Of a DNA stretch of 52,015 bases, positions 51,470 through 52,015 are shown piece by piece. The stretch spans positions 1-52,015 of the forward strand of contig CAIMTB010000629.1 in NCBI GenBank assembly GCA_903844265.1, in the 5' to 3' direction. Both the position numbers and the translations under genes were made by a program. The notes beneath the pieces were generated by a model. The model was given only the letters and a program-made list of their open reading frames with translations, made no database searches and was not told the origin of the DNA. Source of the DNA: an uncultured Verrucomicrobiota bacterium (GTDB lineage: Bacteria > Verrucomicrobiota > Verrucomicrobiia > Limisphaerales > CAIMTB01). Numbering within the stretch: position 1 is the first letter of the stretch; every line of letters starts with the position of its first letter.

Positions 51470-52015
51470 CCACGACCCCTAGAATCCTCGTCACGGGCGG
51501 CTTCGGCTATGTCGGCAGCCGCCTCACCCCGCACCTGCTCGGCCTCGGATACCACGTCCGCGTGCTCGACCTGATGCTCTACACCCGGGCCGGCCTCGAT
51601 GCCCTCGAGCACTCGCCTTCGTTCCCCGGCTGGAAGTCGCGCTTCGAGCTGGTCCAGGCCGATCTGCGCGATCCGGTGGCCGTGGCCGAGGCGCTCAAGG
51701 GCATCGACCAGGTGATCCACCTCGGCGCCATCTCGAACGATCCCACCGGGGACATCGACGAAGTGCTCACGCGCCAGGTCAATTTCGACGCCATCGGGAT
51801 GCTCATCGCCCAGGCCAGGGCCGCTGGCGTGAAGCGGTTCATCAACGCATCCTCAAGTTCCGTCTTCGGCATCAAGGACGCCGCGGATGTGACCGAGGTC
51901 CTCGAGCCCGAACCGCTCACGTTCTACTCCAAGTACAAGGCCCTCTCCGAATGGCTGGTCACGGCGGCGGCGGCGCCGGATTTCTGCGCCGTCAACATCC
52001 GGCCCGCGACGATCT
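51466..52015 (+). CDS. NAD-dependent epimerase/dehydratase (partial, runs off the right edge)
   Basis: Own translation from GTG 51466: ..PRILVTGGFGYVGS, VIHLGAISNDP, RFINASSSSVFG, YSKYK; GTGA overlap with the upstream gene. Confidence 0.88.
   Translation, partial: MTTTPRILVTGGFGYVGSRLTPHLLGLGYHVRVLDLMLYTRAGLDALEHSPSFPGWKSRFELVQADLRDPVAVAEALKGIDQVIHLGAISNDPTGDIDEVLTRQVNFDAIGMLIAQARAAGVKRFINASSSSVFGIKDAADVTEVLEPEPLTFYSKYKALSEWLVTAAAAPDFCAVNIRPATI

Overview
52-kb, GC-rich chromosomal segment that looks like subdivision-3 Verrucomicrobia (Pedosphaera/Limisphaera-like). The evidence is a prepilin/H-X9-DG protein, a giant lamin-tail/CotH surface protein, and PVC-type DksA, L33 and S18. Most of it is housekeeping, envelope and sugar-catabolic genes: lysS, feoA-feoA-feoB, an oxidoreductase/PIG-L deacetylase/NagB-like trio, an RND pump, an ABC exporter, dksA-rpmG-rpsR, znuACB-zur, asd, cinA, a ferredoxin, an M14 peptidase, an aspartate aminotransferase, tilS and the start of a nucleotide-sugar operon. 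I found no transposase, integrase, phage gene, CRISPR array, tRNA or rRNA. The most interesting signals are outside the supplied ORF track: (1) a 53-aa His/Arg/Lys-rich gene converging on zur, with its own promoter, a palindromic operator-like site, a structured leader and a terminator inside zur; (2) a zinc-themed block in which Cys-poor DksA, L33 and S18 lie next to znuACB-zur, with a candidate Zur box over the znuA start; (3) at least five distinct REP/REPIN-like repeat families, one copy of which (99 bp, frame-preserving) appears to be translated inside a signal peptide, while another family sits mainly in divergent promoter regions; (4) frequent -10 hexamers only 6-10 nt before start codons, suggesting leaderless transcripts. 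All product calls come from motif recognition by eye; no database search was run.
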